Positions 36,484-46,001 of a stretch of 64,000 bases of DNA are shown here, one piece after another. The stretch lies in the IMG/VR virus record IMGVR_UViG_2579779073_000002; one strand, given 5' to 3'. The notes under the pieces are model-generated. The model was not told the DNA's origin and did not search any database. It saw nothing but the letters and a program-made list of their open reading frames with translations. Both the position numbers and the translations under genes were made by a program. This DNA comes from an uncultured virus (IMG/VR IMGVR_UViG_2579779073_000002). Lineage: Duplodnaviria > Heunggongvirae > Uroviricota > Caudoviricetes. The number at the start of each line of letters is the position of its first letter. Position 1 is the first letter of the stretch.

Positions 36484-37392
36484 TTGGATTACTTCAAGCA
36501 ACGACGAGCGTACCGCAATTTTAAAATGTATGAAGCGAGTGTCTCTAACGGCCAAAATAATCTGTATCGCGAGTTATTAGACTATGCGAACGATGAAGGC
36601 AAGTTGGACGTTCAGTTTCGCATGAAAAATTCGGCATTACTCAGTCTGACAGGACTATCCGAACCCGGCCTCGATAAAGCACGCAACTCATTAGTGCAAC
36701 TAGGACTAATTAAATACGTTAGAGGCAAGAAAAATGTTAAACCACCTGAATATCGCATTATTAATTTATATAGTAGGTCAGCTGGTTACCCAACCAGTAA
36801 CCCAACTACAAGTCATAAAAGTAGGCCAACTGGTTTAGATAAAGTAGGTCAACCGGTTGGGCAAGGTGGAGGTCAACCAGTAGAACATAAAGAACTTACT
36901 AGTACTGACCCTGACTTGACTGATACTGACTCTTATGATGATGACGAGGGCGTGACGCGCGAGCAGGTCATTAACGATTGGACCAACCTGTGGGGATTTC
37001 CAAATGGTATTGCTCGTCCCGAAATTGATGAATGGCTGGAAGAGTTCAAGCCTGAGGTGATTGCCTATGCAATTTGGGTTGCTGGAGAACATCAGATTGG
37101 ATCTAATGCATGTTTGAAATACGTTCGTGCAATTGTTGCGGGTTGGAAGAAACGAAATATTACGACGTTAGAGCAGGCTAAAAAGGCCGCTGCTAATCAT
37201 GACGACCGCATGAAGAGCGAAAGAAAACCTAGTGGCTATTCAAAGCCACGCCGTAAAGAAGTTACGCCAAAGTGGATGCAAAACGGCGCTTCTCAGGCGG
37301 CTTCTAAGCCAAATTCAAGTGATAACCAGCAGGACGATATGAGTGACGAGGATTTTCTAGCGCTCATGAACAGTCAGGAGGAAGCTAAATGA
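36484..37392 (+). CDS. Replication initiator with DnaD domain
   Basis: N-terminal wHTH; KYVRAIVAGWKKRNITTLEQA. Confidence 0.85.
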   Translation: MDYFKQRRAYRNFKMYEASVSNGQNNLYRELLDYANDEGKLDVQFRMKNSALLSLTGLSEPGLDKARNSLVQLGLIKYVRGKKNVKPPEYRIINLYSRSAGYPTSNPTTSHKSRPTGLDKVGQPVGQGGGQPVEHKELTSTDPDLTDTDSYDDDEGVTREQVINDWTNLWGFPNGIARPEIDEWLEEFKPEVIAYAIWVAGEHQIGSNACLKYVRAIVAGWKKRNITTLEQAKKAAANHDDRMKSERKPSGYSKPRRKEVTPKWMQNGASQAASKPNSSDNQQDDMSDEDFLALMNSQEEAK

Positions 37393-37676
37393 ATTGGGGT
37401 AATCAATTAGTCAATTTAGCCGCTAACCATGCCTATGAACCGGCCGCGTTGCATTGGACTAAGCAGCATATGAAGCGGCATTTAAAGGCCGGTGGTAGTG
37501 CGCAAGATGAGGTGTGCGCTCATGAGTACAAGCTATTTGCACTCGAGGTTTTAATTATTGAATATCAGCGGGATGGCTTAAATTTTGATTTGGCCCAATG
37601 TTGGGGTAAGCCAGCCGAGTATTTTATTGATCTAGAGCAAGCTAGACAAGGATTGCAAACGGAGGTGAGCGCATGA
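37389..37676 (+). CDS. Hypothetical phage protein
   Basis: ATGA-coupled ORF. Confidence 0.6.
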   Translation: MNWGNQLVNLAANHAYEPAALHWTKQHMKRHLKAGGSAQDEVCAHEYKLFALEVLIIEYQRDGLNFDLAQCWGKPAEYFIDLEQARQGLQTEVSA

Positions 37677-38191
37677 CTGAAACACAGGTGCTAGTAATTA
37701 ACGCTGATCTACCCGATATCGATCACCCACTAGCAATCGGGCCAGAACCGGAAATGTTTAAGCTCGCGCAACATAACTACAAATCTGGTGAATGGCCGTT
37801 TCCAGTTAGACTTGTGAAGCCTGGAACTAAGCCATGGAATGATGAGGCCTATCTAGCCAGTATGCAACCCAATCCACAGACTGAGGAACGCGAGCAAATC
37901 AGGGCCATTCGCCGCGCTTACCATGATGACTGTCACACAATTAGAAGCCTAGCCATAAGGACGGGGTTTACTAACCAGCAGGTAAGTCACCTTGTGCATA
38001 AATACAGCCTTCGCTTGCGTAACCAATACTGGCGGGCTGAGAAGTATAACGATCCGGACGACGTTATCACGGGTCAAACGATATATATCTTAGGTGACAA
38101 GCTTGAGGCCCCAGCTGACTCAATCAAGCAGGCGAGTCAATCGAATGGACTTGTCCGTGGCTACTACATTAGCCGGGTGCCGCGAGCATGA
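37673..38191 (+). CDS. Hypothetical phage protein with possible HTH
   Basis: ATGA-coupled ORF; TIRSLAIRTGFTNQQVSHLV. Confidence 0.6.
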   Translation: MTETQVLVINADLPDIDHPLAIGPEPEMFKLAQHNYKSGEWPFPVRLVKPGTKPWNDEAYLASMQPNPQTEEREQIRAIRRAYHDDCHTIRSLAIRTGFTNQQVSHLVHKYSLRLRNQYWRAEKYNDPDDVITGQTIYILGDKLEAPADSIKQASQSNGLVRGYYISRVPRA

Positions 38192-38562
38192 GCAAAGTTG
38201 TGATTAAGGGCGAACTACCTAGCTTAAATGAGTACATCAAGGCTGAACGGGCCAACAGATACGCCGCAGCTAACCTAAAGAAGCGGTACACGGCCTTATG
38301 TAGTGTGTATGCCAGGGCTAGTCGGAATTCTGGAGTTGAATTCAGTTGGCCTTGCAAGCTTAAATTTACGTGGTACACGAAGAACAACCGAAAAGATGCG
38401 GATAATATCGCGTTTGCTAAAAAGTTTGTGCTGGACGGCTTTATGAAGGCTGGGCTTTTAGGCAACGATAATCGAAAGCACATCACAGGATTCCAGGACG
38501 AATTTGCCGTTGATAAACGAAATCCTAGAGTAGAAATAGATGAAATCACGGAGGACGAATAA
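38188..38562 (+). CDS. RusA-like Holliday junction resolvase
   Basis: PSLN...DADNIAFAKKFVLDG...ND...NPRVEI. Confidence 0.85.
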   Translation: MSKVVIKGELPSLNEYIKAERANRYAAANLKKRYTALCSVYARASRNSGVEFSWPCKLKFTWYTKNNRKDADNIAFAKKFVLDGFMKAGLLGNDNRKHITGFQDEFAVDKRNPRVEIDEITEDE

Positions 38563-38564
38563 TC

Positions 38565-38876
38565 ATGATTGATATGAAAATTGGACAGTATCATCTGACT
38601 AGTGACAAATACGAAGTTAAGGTTAACAGGATGTCATTAGACAGCCATGGGCATCCGGTAACTAGCTACGATGAAAAGTCTGGTATTAATCGGCTAGTAG
38701 AAGCACCCTTAGCACACTGTAAAAACGTCGAGGACGCATTGCACTGGCTTCGTGGGTATTTAATCCGGACTGGTAGTGAGCACATTAAAACAGTGGATCA
38801 GTTAGCCAGAAAGAGTCATGAAATTGAACGACAGTTTGACACGTACATTAAAGAGTGTGTACCGGAAGGATTATGA
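38565..38876 (+). CDS. Hypothetical phage protein
   Basis: GGAGG RBS. Confidence 0.6.
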   Translation: MIDMKIGQYHLTSDKYEVKVNRMSLDSHGHPVTSYDEKSGINRLVEAPLAHCKNVEDALHWLRGYLIRTGSEHIKTVDQLARKSHEIERQFDTYIKECVPEGL

Positions 38877-38879
38877 GCT

Positions 38880-39074
38880 ATGTCCGGAAATGCTAAAACG
38901 TATCGGGATTTATTTCAAGAAATATATGAAAAATATGGTATTCAAACTACAACACAATTTCACATCAATCCAGATAAACAGATAAGTGAAGAGAAATATC
39001 AAGAAGCTTTAAAAGCTTATTCAATTTTACCAGCAATATTTGATGATACCTTTGGGAGGGACGAAGATGCCTAA
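38880..39074 (+). CDS. Hypothetical phage protein
   Basis: GAAGGA RBS, operon position. Confidence 0.5.
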   Translation: MSGNAKTYRDLFQEIYEKYGIQTTTQFHINPDKQISEEKYQEALKAYSILPAIFDDTFGRDEDA

Positions 39075-39285
39075 ACACACTAAGAAACGTTCAACGATTA
39101 AACGGAAGCACCGGCGCATGAAGCAACACGCCGAAGCAAACAAAAAGCCGCCCGTTAAGGCGACCAGTCACGGGACCACTCGAATGACCGTTGTAAGTAT
39201 AACATAAAAAAAGCGCTGCCATCGCTGACCGCGCTACAACTAATTCCGAATAAGTTAATTATAGCATACGAAAGCGGAGGGGCGC

Positions 39286-39747
39286 ATGATGGGCGAACAG
39301 CAAGTTATTTCAGATGAAATTTTTCCACCAATTGACCAGGAGAAAACAATTAAACAGGTGCGGCGGTTCCTGGATAAGAAGTTACCGCAAGCAGTTCGGG
39401 CGTCCGGCCATTCGGTCGCTGATCTTAAATCGCCTAGCATGGATGGCATGCCTAAGTCGGCCCCAGCTCGTAATTCGGCCGAGGATCGGATTACACGCCG
39501 CCTGTATGCAGAGCAGATTGTCCGACAGACTATTCAGGCCATGGCTCGCTGTGATCATGAGTGCCAGGAGATATTAGATCGGCTATATTTGCAAGGTTAC
39601 AGTGACACGATGTGCTACATGGACATTGGCTACAGCAAGACTCAGTATTTTGACCGCTGGAAGCCATTGGCAATGCTGCAGTTTGCACAGAGCTATTACC
39701 TAGAAGACCTGAATATTTACCAAAACCGAACTCAAACCGGACTTTAA
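39286..39747 (+). CDS. ArpU-family late transcriptional regulator
   Basis: LKSPSMDGMP...ILDRLYL...ALxQFA-like end; last early gene. Confidence 0.85.
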   Translation: MMGEQQVISDEIFPPIDQEKTIKQVRRFLDKKLPQAVRASGHSVADLKSPSMDGMPKSAPARNSAEDRITRRLYAEQIVRQTIQAMARCDHECQEILDRLYLQGYSDTMCYMDIGYSKTQYFDRWKPLAMLQFAQSYYLEDLNIYQNRTQTGL

Positions 39748-39869
39748 CCGAACTTTTTCCGAACTCAAGCCGGACTTCATAGCAATAAATTGGTGGTAAA
39801 TTAGTAGTATCGATAATTGGTTAGGGTGACAAATAAACGTTTTTCTGATAGCTCTAATTGATTATTATT

Positions 39870-39942
39870 GTGGCCTTAGCTCAGTTGGTAGAGCACCTGA
39901 CTGTTAATCAGGTTGTCGCTGGTTCGAGTCCAGCAGGCTACG
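39870..39942 (+). tRNA. Phage tRNA-Asn(GTT)
   Basis: GTGGCCT/AGGCTAC, CCTGA-CTGTTAA-TCAGG, TTCGAGT. Confidence 0.9.
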
Positions 39943-40011
39943 TTAGACGGGCACAGATGTACAGTTTGTGTTGCCTCCTTGATTAAGTTGATATGATGGC
40001 CCGCCTATTAA

Positions 40012-40083
40012 GCAGATATGATCTAATTGGCAAGATGGCGGTCTCCAAAACCGTCTATGTTGGTTCAAATCCAGCTATCTGTG
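40012..40083 (+). tRNA. Phage tRNA-Trp(CCA)
   Basis: GCAGATA/TATCTGT, GCGGT-CTCCAAA-ACCGT, TTCAAAT. Confidence 0.8.
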
Positions 40084-40169
40084 TAGCCGGCGGATTTATA
40101 AGGGGTGATGCGCTCCTCTCTGCCGCCGGCATTAGTCTTCGTGTTTAACGTCGGCCGTTGAATGCGAGT

Positions 40170-40229
40170 ATCGCTGTGGGCTAATTGGTAAGCCACAATG
40201 GGATGTAGGTTCGAGTCCTACCAGCGATA
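40170..40229 (+). ncRNA. tRNA mimic lacking an anticodon arm
   Basis: Perfect acceptor ATCGCTG/CAGCGAT, D-arm GGCT/AGCC, T-arm GTAGG-TTCGAGT-CCTAC; only 10 nt between D and T arms. Confidence 0.7.
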
Positions 40230-40273
40230 TTGCTATGTGATACAGCACCCAATGGGAGTTGACCGCATAACGC

Positions 40274-40381
40274 GTGCTTGTGGCGGAATAGGTAGACGCA
40301 TAGTCAGACGCGAGTAACGGGTGTTGGTTGACAACCAGTATGTCCACACATCATGTAGGGTGCAAATCCCTACCAAGCACA
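40274..40381 (+). ncRNA. Long tRNA-like RNA (Leu-type D-loop, ~55-nt non-canonical centre)
   Basis: Acceptor GTGCTTG/CAAGCAC, GCGGAATAGGTAGACGC, TAGGG-TGCAAAT-CCCTA. Confidence 0.6.
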
Positions 40382-40499
40382 TACAAGCGCAATTAAACTG
40401 ACCACAAGATTGCCTGCAGGAACAGGCGTTTGCTTAAACACTTTTGTATGATAAGATTGAATGTAATAATTGCTTATTAGGATGTGAGTAGAAAAAAAC

Positions 40500-41369
40500 A
40501 TGGTGAAATATAAAAATCCACTGGTTAAACCATTTGTAAAATGGGCTGGAGGAAAAAGACAATTAATACCACAAATAACTAAATATATGCCTAAAAATTT
40601 TGGGAGATATTTTGAACCCTTTGTTGGCGGCGGAGCTGTATTTTTTAATTTACAACATACGCCATCAACCATTAATGATTTTAATACTGAATTGATTTTA
40701 TCATATGAAGTAATAAGAGATAATCTTGATGATTTATTAGATGAACTAAGAATCCATGAGGCCAATAATTCGAGTGAGTATTATTACAAGGTTCGCGAGT
40801 GGGATAGAAATGGAATAATTGACGGGAAGTCTGATGTTGAGCGTGCGGCACGTTTTATTTTCTTAAATAAAACAGGGTTTAATGGTTTGTTTCGTGTAAA
40901 TAGGCAAAATCAAGTTAACACTCCATATGGTAGATACAAGCATCCGGCGATTGTAAACGCTGAAATACTTAAAGCGGTCAGTGTTTTTTTGAATAAATCT
41001 AGGATAAAGATATTAAATGTAGATTTTGAGAAAGCTGTAAAGGATGCAAAGTATGGAGATTTTGTTTATTTTGATCCTCCATATGCACCCATGGTGAATG
41101 ATAAACAAAGTTTTGTAGGGTACACATTAAATGGTTTTGGCGCAGATGAACAGGTACGACTGAGAGACCTTATGGATGATTTAACTCAAAAGGGTGTCAA
41201 GGTTATGCTGAGCAATTCATCGGTACCATTTATTCATGATATTTATTCTGATTACAGTAAAAATACGATCATAGTTCCTGCTTCAAGAAATATTAACTCA
41301 AAGGGAAATGGAAGAGGAAAAGTTAACGAAGTTTTAATAATGAACTATAATTACTTGGAAGAAAGTTAA
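40500..41369 (+). CDS. N6-adenine DNA methyltransferase (Dam/D12 class)
   Basis: PFVKWAGGK, EPFVGGG, FNGLFRVN, DPPY. Confidence 0.93.
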   Translation: MVKYKNPLVKPFVKWAGGKRQLIPQITKYMPKNFGRYFEPFVGGGAVFFNLQHTPSTINDFNTELILSYEVIRDNLDDLLDELRIHEANNSSEYYYKVREWDRNGIIDGKSDVERAARFIFLNKTGFNGLFRVNRQNQVNTPYGRYKHPAIVNAEILKAVSVFLNKSRIKILNVDFEKAVKDAKYGDFVYFDPPYAPMVNDKQSFVGYTLNGFGADEQVRLRDLMDDLTQKGVKVMLSNSSVPFIHDIYSDYSKNTIIVPASRNINSKGNGRGKVNEVLIMNYNYLEES

Positions 41370-41384
41370 AATGTGTGATTTCAT

Positions 41385-42657
41385 ATGACAAAAGCTGATG
41401 ATGCATGGGCTAGTCTTTTTAGCAAGTATGATATTTTAAACCATGTTAATAGAGACGGCGTATTTAGTATAACGTCCTCAAAAATTAAGGAATTTTATGA
41501 GCCAAGATTGATTACGAAGTTTGACTGGTCATCTAGTTTGCCGAAGCTGTTTAGGAAAAATAAATTAGCGATTCTACCGACTACTCGTGGGACCTATGTT
41601 ATTGGACGGTTTTTAGCGTATAAGCCATTGGTAGTAGATAATATAAAACCAGTTCCTGTGTCTCTGCCTGAATGGGTGAAGACATGGGATACATTCGATA
41701 TAACTTCTGAGGCTGTTGCGTTAAATGTAGCTAAAGCGACTGGTATGATTGATTATATCATGGAAAGTTCTGAGTATTTTCCAGCTATAGATACAATTAC
41801 TGGGCGTTTAAAGTCTGGTGATTTAGACTACAAAATTCAACTCCGTGATAAGACAATGTATGATTTTAGGGTTGAAAATGCACAGGTGGAAATTGACGCA
41901 GGATTTGAAAATACGGATAAGTTAGCGATTGTAGAAGCAAAGACTCATATTCCAGCTGATTTTATGATTCGACAGCTATATTATCCGTATCGCGTTTATA
42001 ATGAATTAGGAACTGGAAAACCTGTTATCCCCTTGTATTTCACTTATGCTGATGAGGTATTTAACTTTTATCAGTTTGAGTTTACTAGTTTGAACAACTA
42101 TTCGTCTATAAAAAAAGTTAGCGCAATTTAGTTTTATCCTTGATAAAACTTTAGATTTAAATATGGATGTAGTTAAGCAAATTTCTGCAAGTTCACCTAT
42201 GAATCCAGAACCAGAGAATTTTCCATATCCTCAGGCAAATACTTTTCAGATGGTTTTAGACACGATCAAATATTTAGAAGAACCCAAAGATAAGTTTGAA
42301 TTGGCTAGATTATTTGGATTTGATGTTCGGCAGAGCGATTATTATGCTAATTGTGTTGGCTTTTTAGGATTAGCCACTCATATTAATGGCAAATATCAAT
42401 TGAATGAGTTAGGACATATGGTAAATTCTTTACCTAATTCGAATAAACGAAATGAGCTGATAATTAAACAGATGCTCAGTCATGTGACCTTAAAGCTAAT
42501 TTTCGATTCATATATTAAAAATGGTGGTGTGGCTGACAATAACTATATTGATTCCATTTTGAAAGCATATGTTGGTTCTATTAGCGGCTCTACTATTCCA
42601 AGACGAAGAAGTACCGTGAAACAGTGGATTAGTTGGATATTTTCAGTCATCAATTAA
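41385..42657 (+). pseudogene. Probable PD-(D/E)XK restriction endonuclease partner, split by an extra A in an A7 run at 42110-42116
   Basis: QVEIDAGFE...IVEAK; A6 fuses 41385-42131 with 42163-42657 in frame (IKKLAQFSFILDK). Confidence 0.65.
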
Positions 42658-42912
42658 AAATTATGGGTTGAATTAATAGCTAAGTTTTTTGATGCATAAG
42701 AAGAGACCAAAATGATTAGTTGCAAGATAAATCATGAATGATATTTATTGTCAAGCAAGAAAAATCGTCATGCCAAACGGTGTGGCGTTTTTTAATACCA
42801 TCATTTCTGGGAGAAGGGTAGCTTCCGGAGTGTAAAAATACATGAACACTGTAAACAACAGTGAGTTATAGGTCACTGTCAGTGGTTTGGGTGACACTAT
42901 CCAAGGTGTGCC

Positions 42913-43015
42913 GTGGCGGAATAGGTAGACGCATAGTCAGACGCGAGTAACGGGTGTTGGTTGACAACCAGTATGTCCACACATCATGTAGGGTGCAAAT
43001 CCCTACCAAGCACAT
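42913..43015 (+). repeat. Second copy of a 103-bp direct repeat (first copy 40280-40382)
   Basis: Identical by eye; the 5' acceptor strand differs in this copy. Confidence 0.9.
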
Positions 43016-43112
43016 TAAACGCGTCCGCGGCACCAAAACGGGAAATCTCCAAACTGCTCTCGCTTATTGGCGGGAGTTTTTGTATAGTTAGATTAGTTTG
43101 GAGGAATAAATT

Positions 43113-43595
43113 ATGAAAGATATCATAAGTTTTATAGTTTGGGTTTGGAATAGTACTTGGATTTGGAAAATAGCAACGCTTCTAACTTCATGGTGGGCAA
43201 TTCATCAAACTAGTAAAGCCAGTAAGCGCGCCTATAAAAAGAAGACTATTGTTGAGATATCTTATGCCATTATGTCTACTGGTGACGAGGTTGTGCAGGT
43301 TAGTGCTGTAAATGATGGAAATATTGATGTGAATGTTACTGTCCTTGGGATAACCGATAAAAAAAGTAAAAAGAATGCGTTTATACCCAATGAGTCAGAT
43401 GTTTTGAAAGAGTCGATGCTACCTAAAAAGCTTTCAACTGGTGACCTTGCAAGACAAGCATTGGCTATTCGCCCCCTATTAGAAAGCATTCAGGGTGTAA
43501 TGGACTTGACTCAACTATACGGCTTTGCAGAGTTGAGCACTGGTGAAAAAATTTATAGTAGTAAGACGTTTAATTTAGAAAAATTTTTGAAATAA
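43113..43595 (+). CDS. Moron-like protein with N-terminal TM helix
   Basis: GGAGG RBS; AT-rich; preceded by a terminator-like hairpin. Confidence 0.65.
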   Translation: MKDIISFIVWVWNSTWIWKIATLLTSWWAIHQTSKASKRAYKKKTIVEISYAIMSTGDEVVQVSAVNDGNIDVNVTVLGITDKKSKKNAFIPNESDVLKESMLPKKLSTGDLARQALAIRPLLESIQGVMDLTQLYGFAELSTGEKIYSSKTFNLEKFLK

Positions 43596-43620
43596 TGTTT
43601 AAAATCAATAAGAAAGCAAG

Positions 43621-43830
43621 GTGTGGTGGTATGAAATGGCAGTAATGATACACAGCAAGTACGGATACGAGCCACCTGAATGGGTGCAGGCTGATGCCCG
43701 GCTAGATAAGTGGTGCAAGAATAGAAAGCGTCGTGCTAAACAGCATGGCGCTTTTAGTTTGGAAAACAAAGCTAAGCCGGTATATCAAGCTTCACAGGGT
43801 GATGGATTTAAATTGGGAAATAAAGGTTAA
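43621..43830 (+). CDS. Small hypothetical phage protein
   Basis: ORF before terS; shares GGTGTGGTGGTATG with the terS leader. Confidence 0.4.
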   Translation: MWWYEMAVMIHSKYGYEPPEWVQADARLDKWCKNRKRRAKQHGAFSLENKAKPVYQASQGDGFKLGNKG

Positions 43831-43883
43831 TTCCAAACCCGTCGATTTCGACTGGTTTAAAAACGGAGGTGTGGTGGTATGTA

Positions 43884-44762
43884 ATGACAGAAAAGTATGA
43901 GCAGGCTGAACAAGACTATATGGCTGGTATGAAGTACAAGGACATTGCTACTAAGTATGATGTTAGCTTAAATACTGTCAAGTCGTGGAAGGGCCGTTAT
44001 GGCTGGCAACGTGGCAGTGCTAAAAAGAATGCACCCACTAAGTCAAAAAGGGTGCACACAAAAGCCAAAAAGGGTGCACCTAAAATAATCGATGAACTAG
44101 AGGCAAACAGTGAGCTTACAGATAAGCAGAAACTGTTCTGTCTCTTTTATTTACAACGATTTAATGCAACATGGGCATATCAGCGAGTCTATAAATGTAG
44201 TTGTGAGACGGCAAGAGTTGAAGGTAGTCGCACCCTCGCAAACCCTAACATAAAGAAACAGATCACTGAGCTCAAGAAGCAGCAACGTTCCGAGCTGCTG
44301 GTAACGATTGACGACATCGCTCATGAGTACGCTAAGCAAGCGTTTGCTAGCCTTGGTGATGTACTAGATTACAAGGTACACGAAGAATTAGTGACCGACA
44401 CCGATGGCAATGTGTTCCTTGATACTGATGATAACCCAGTCAAAAAACACGTTGCTGATATCTACTTGAAACCGAGTGATCAGATTGATTGGTCACTGGT
44501 GCAGGATATTCATCGCGGTAAGGATGGCTTGGTGGTCAAGTTGTACGATAAGCAAAAGGCATTGGATAGCTTGTCTAAGTTGATTGGTACTGACGATGAT
44601 AATGTTAATGAACAACGGATCCGCAAGCTTAAAGCTGACGCGGATATTGCGGAGGCTAAAGCTCACATTATGAATGCCTCAACCGATAGTACTGAATCAA
44701 AAGTTTCTGAATATCTGGATAAATTGGATGACGTCCTAGGTGGTGATAGCGATGGCAATTAG
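43884..44762 (+). CDS. terS: Terminase small subunit with N-terminal HTH
   Basis: KYKDIATKYDVSLNTVKSWK; LTDKQKLFC..Y...NAT.AY. Confidence 0.88.
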   Translation: MTEKYEQAEQDYMAGMKYKDIATKYDVSLNTVKSWKGRYGWQRGSAKKNAPTKSKRVHTKAKKGAPKIIDELEANSELTDKQKLFCLFYLQRFNATWAYQRVYKCSCETARVEGSRTLANPNIKKQITELKKQQRSELLVTIDDIAHEYAKQAFASLGDVLDYKVHEELVTDTDGNVFLDTDDNPVKKHVADIYLKPSDQIDWSLVQDIHRGKDGLVVKLYDKQKALDSLSKLIGTDDDNVNEQRIRKLKADADIAEAKAHIMNASTDSTESKVSEYLDKLDDVLGGDSDGN

Positions 44763-45990
44763 TGAGCTATATACGCCGAAACAAATTCAAGTGCTGAAAA
44801 CCTTGCGGCGGACGGACTGGCGACTACTGATAAACTATGGTGCTGTTCGGTCTGGTAAAACTGTCGTTGATAATGACGCCTTCTTGATGGAACTGCGGCG
44901 TGTTCGTCAGGTTGCTGACAAATTAGGGGTCAAGGAACCAATGTACATTTTAGCGGGGTATTCAAGCAAGTCGCTACAAAACAACGTATTACAGGAACTG
45001 ACGAATAAATATGACATTAACTTTCAGTTCGACAAGCATAACTCTTTCACACTGTTTGGCGTGAAAATTGTGCAGACGTTTACCGGGTCTATTGCAGGGC
45101 TGGGTGCCATTCGTGGGATGACCTCGTTTGGGGCGTATATTAACGAAGCTAGCCTTGCTAATGAAGAGGTATTCAATGAAATCCTTAATCGGTGCTCAGC
45201 AAAAGGTGCGCGAATTATTTGCGATACGAACCCAGACGTTCCGACTCACTACTTGAAAGCCAGCTATATTGATAACGATGATCCTAAAGCAGGAATCGTT
45301 AGTTTCCATTTTACAATCGATGATAATACCTTTTTGCCCCCACAATACGTTGAACATCAAAAAGCGGGTACGCCGTCCGGAGTGTTTTACGACCGTGCAA
45401 TACTCGGTCTATGGGTATCTGGTGAAGGTATGGTGTATAAAGATTTTAATAAGGACGAAATGATTATTCCACGGGCTCAATTGCCAGCAGACTTAACTTA
45501 CTATGCGGGAGTCGACTGGGGCTATGAACATAAAGGAACGATTGTTGTAATGGCTGATGATCGAGTTGGCAATACTTATTTGATTGAAGAACATACACGT
45601 CAGTTTGAAGAGATTGATTACTGGGTAGAGATTGCAAAAGATATTCAGCATCGCTATGGCCGAAATGTTAAGTTTTGGGCTGATAGCGCGAGACCCGAAC
45701 ACGTTGCACGCTTCCAACGTGAAGGGCTCAAGGCGTTCAATGCTAAAAAATCGGTTTTATCAGGAATCGAGTCGGTGGCTAAGTGCATGAAGCAAGGCCA
45801 CTTTTTTGTTATCAAAGAAGCGATTGATGCCTTCTTAGATGAAATCTATCAGTATGTCTGGGATGAGGCTACGGGCTTACCCGTCAAGCTTAACGATGAC
45901 GTAATGGACGCGTTACGGTATGCCGTCTATAACACACACGAACGGCTCAAGGCACGGACAATTAAGAAGCCAAAGGGATTAAGAGGATAG
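44752..45990 (+). CDS. terL: PBSX-family terminase large subunit (headful type)
   Basis: GAVRSGKT, DTNP, GVDWGY, DDVMDALRY. Confidence 0.93.
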   Translation: MAISELYTPKQIQVLKTLRRTDWRLLINYGAVRSGKTVVDNDAFLMELRRVRQVADKLGVKEPMYILAGYSSKSLQNNVLQELTNKYDINFQFDKHNSFTLFGVKIVQTFTGSIAGLGAIRGMTSFGAYINEASLANEEVFNEILNRCSAKGARIICDTNPDVPTHYLKASYIDNDDPKAGIVSFHFTIDDNTFLPPQYVEHQKAGTPSGVFYDRAILGLWVSGEGMVYKDFNKDEMIIPRAQLPADLTYYAGVDWGYEHKGTIVVMADDRVGNTYLIEEHTRQFEEIDYWVEIAKDIQHRYGRNVKFWADSARPEHVARFQREGLKAFNAKKSVLSGIESVAKCMKQGHFFVIKEAIDAFLDEIYQYVWDEATGLPVKLNDDVMDALRYAVYNTHERLKARTIKKPKGLRG

Positions 45991-46001
45991 GAGGTGAGCG
46001 G

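Noticed and set aside
40478..40488. 11-nt match (TAGGATGTGAG) between insert B and the methylase leader
   Set aside because: An 11-mer match is expected by chance given all insert positions and 64 kb on two strands.
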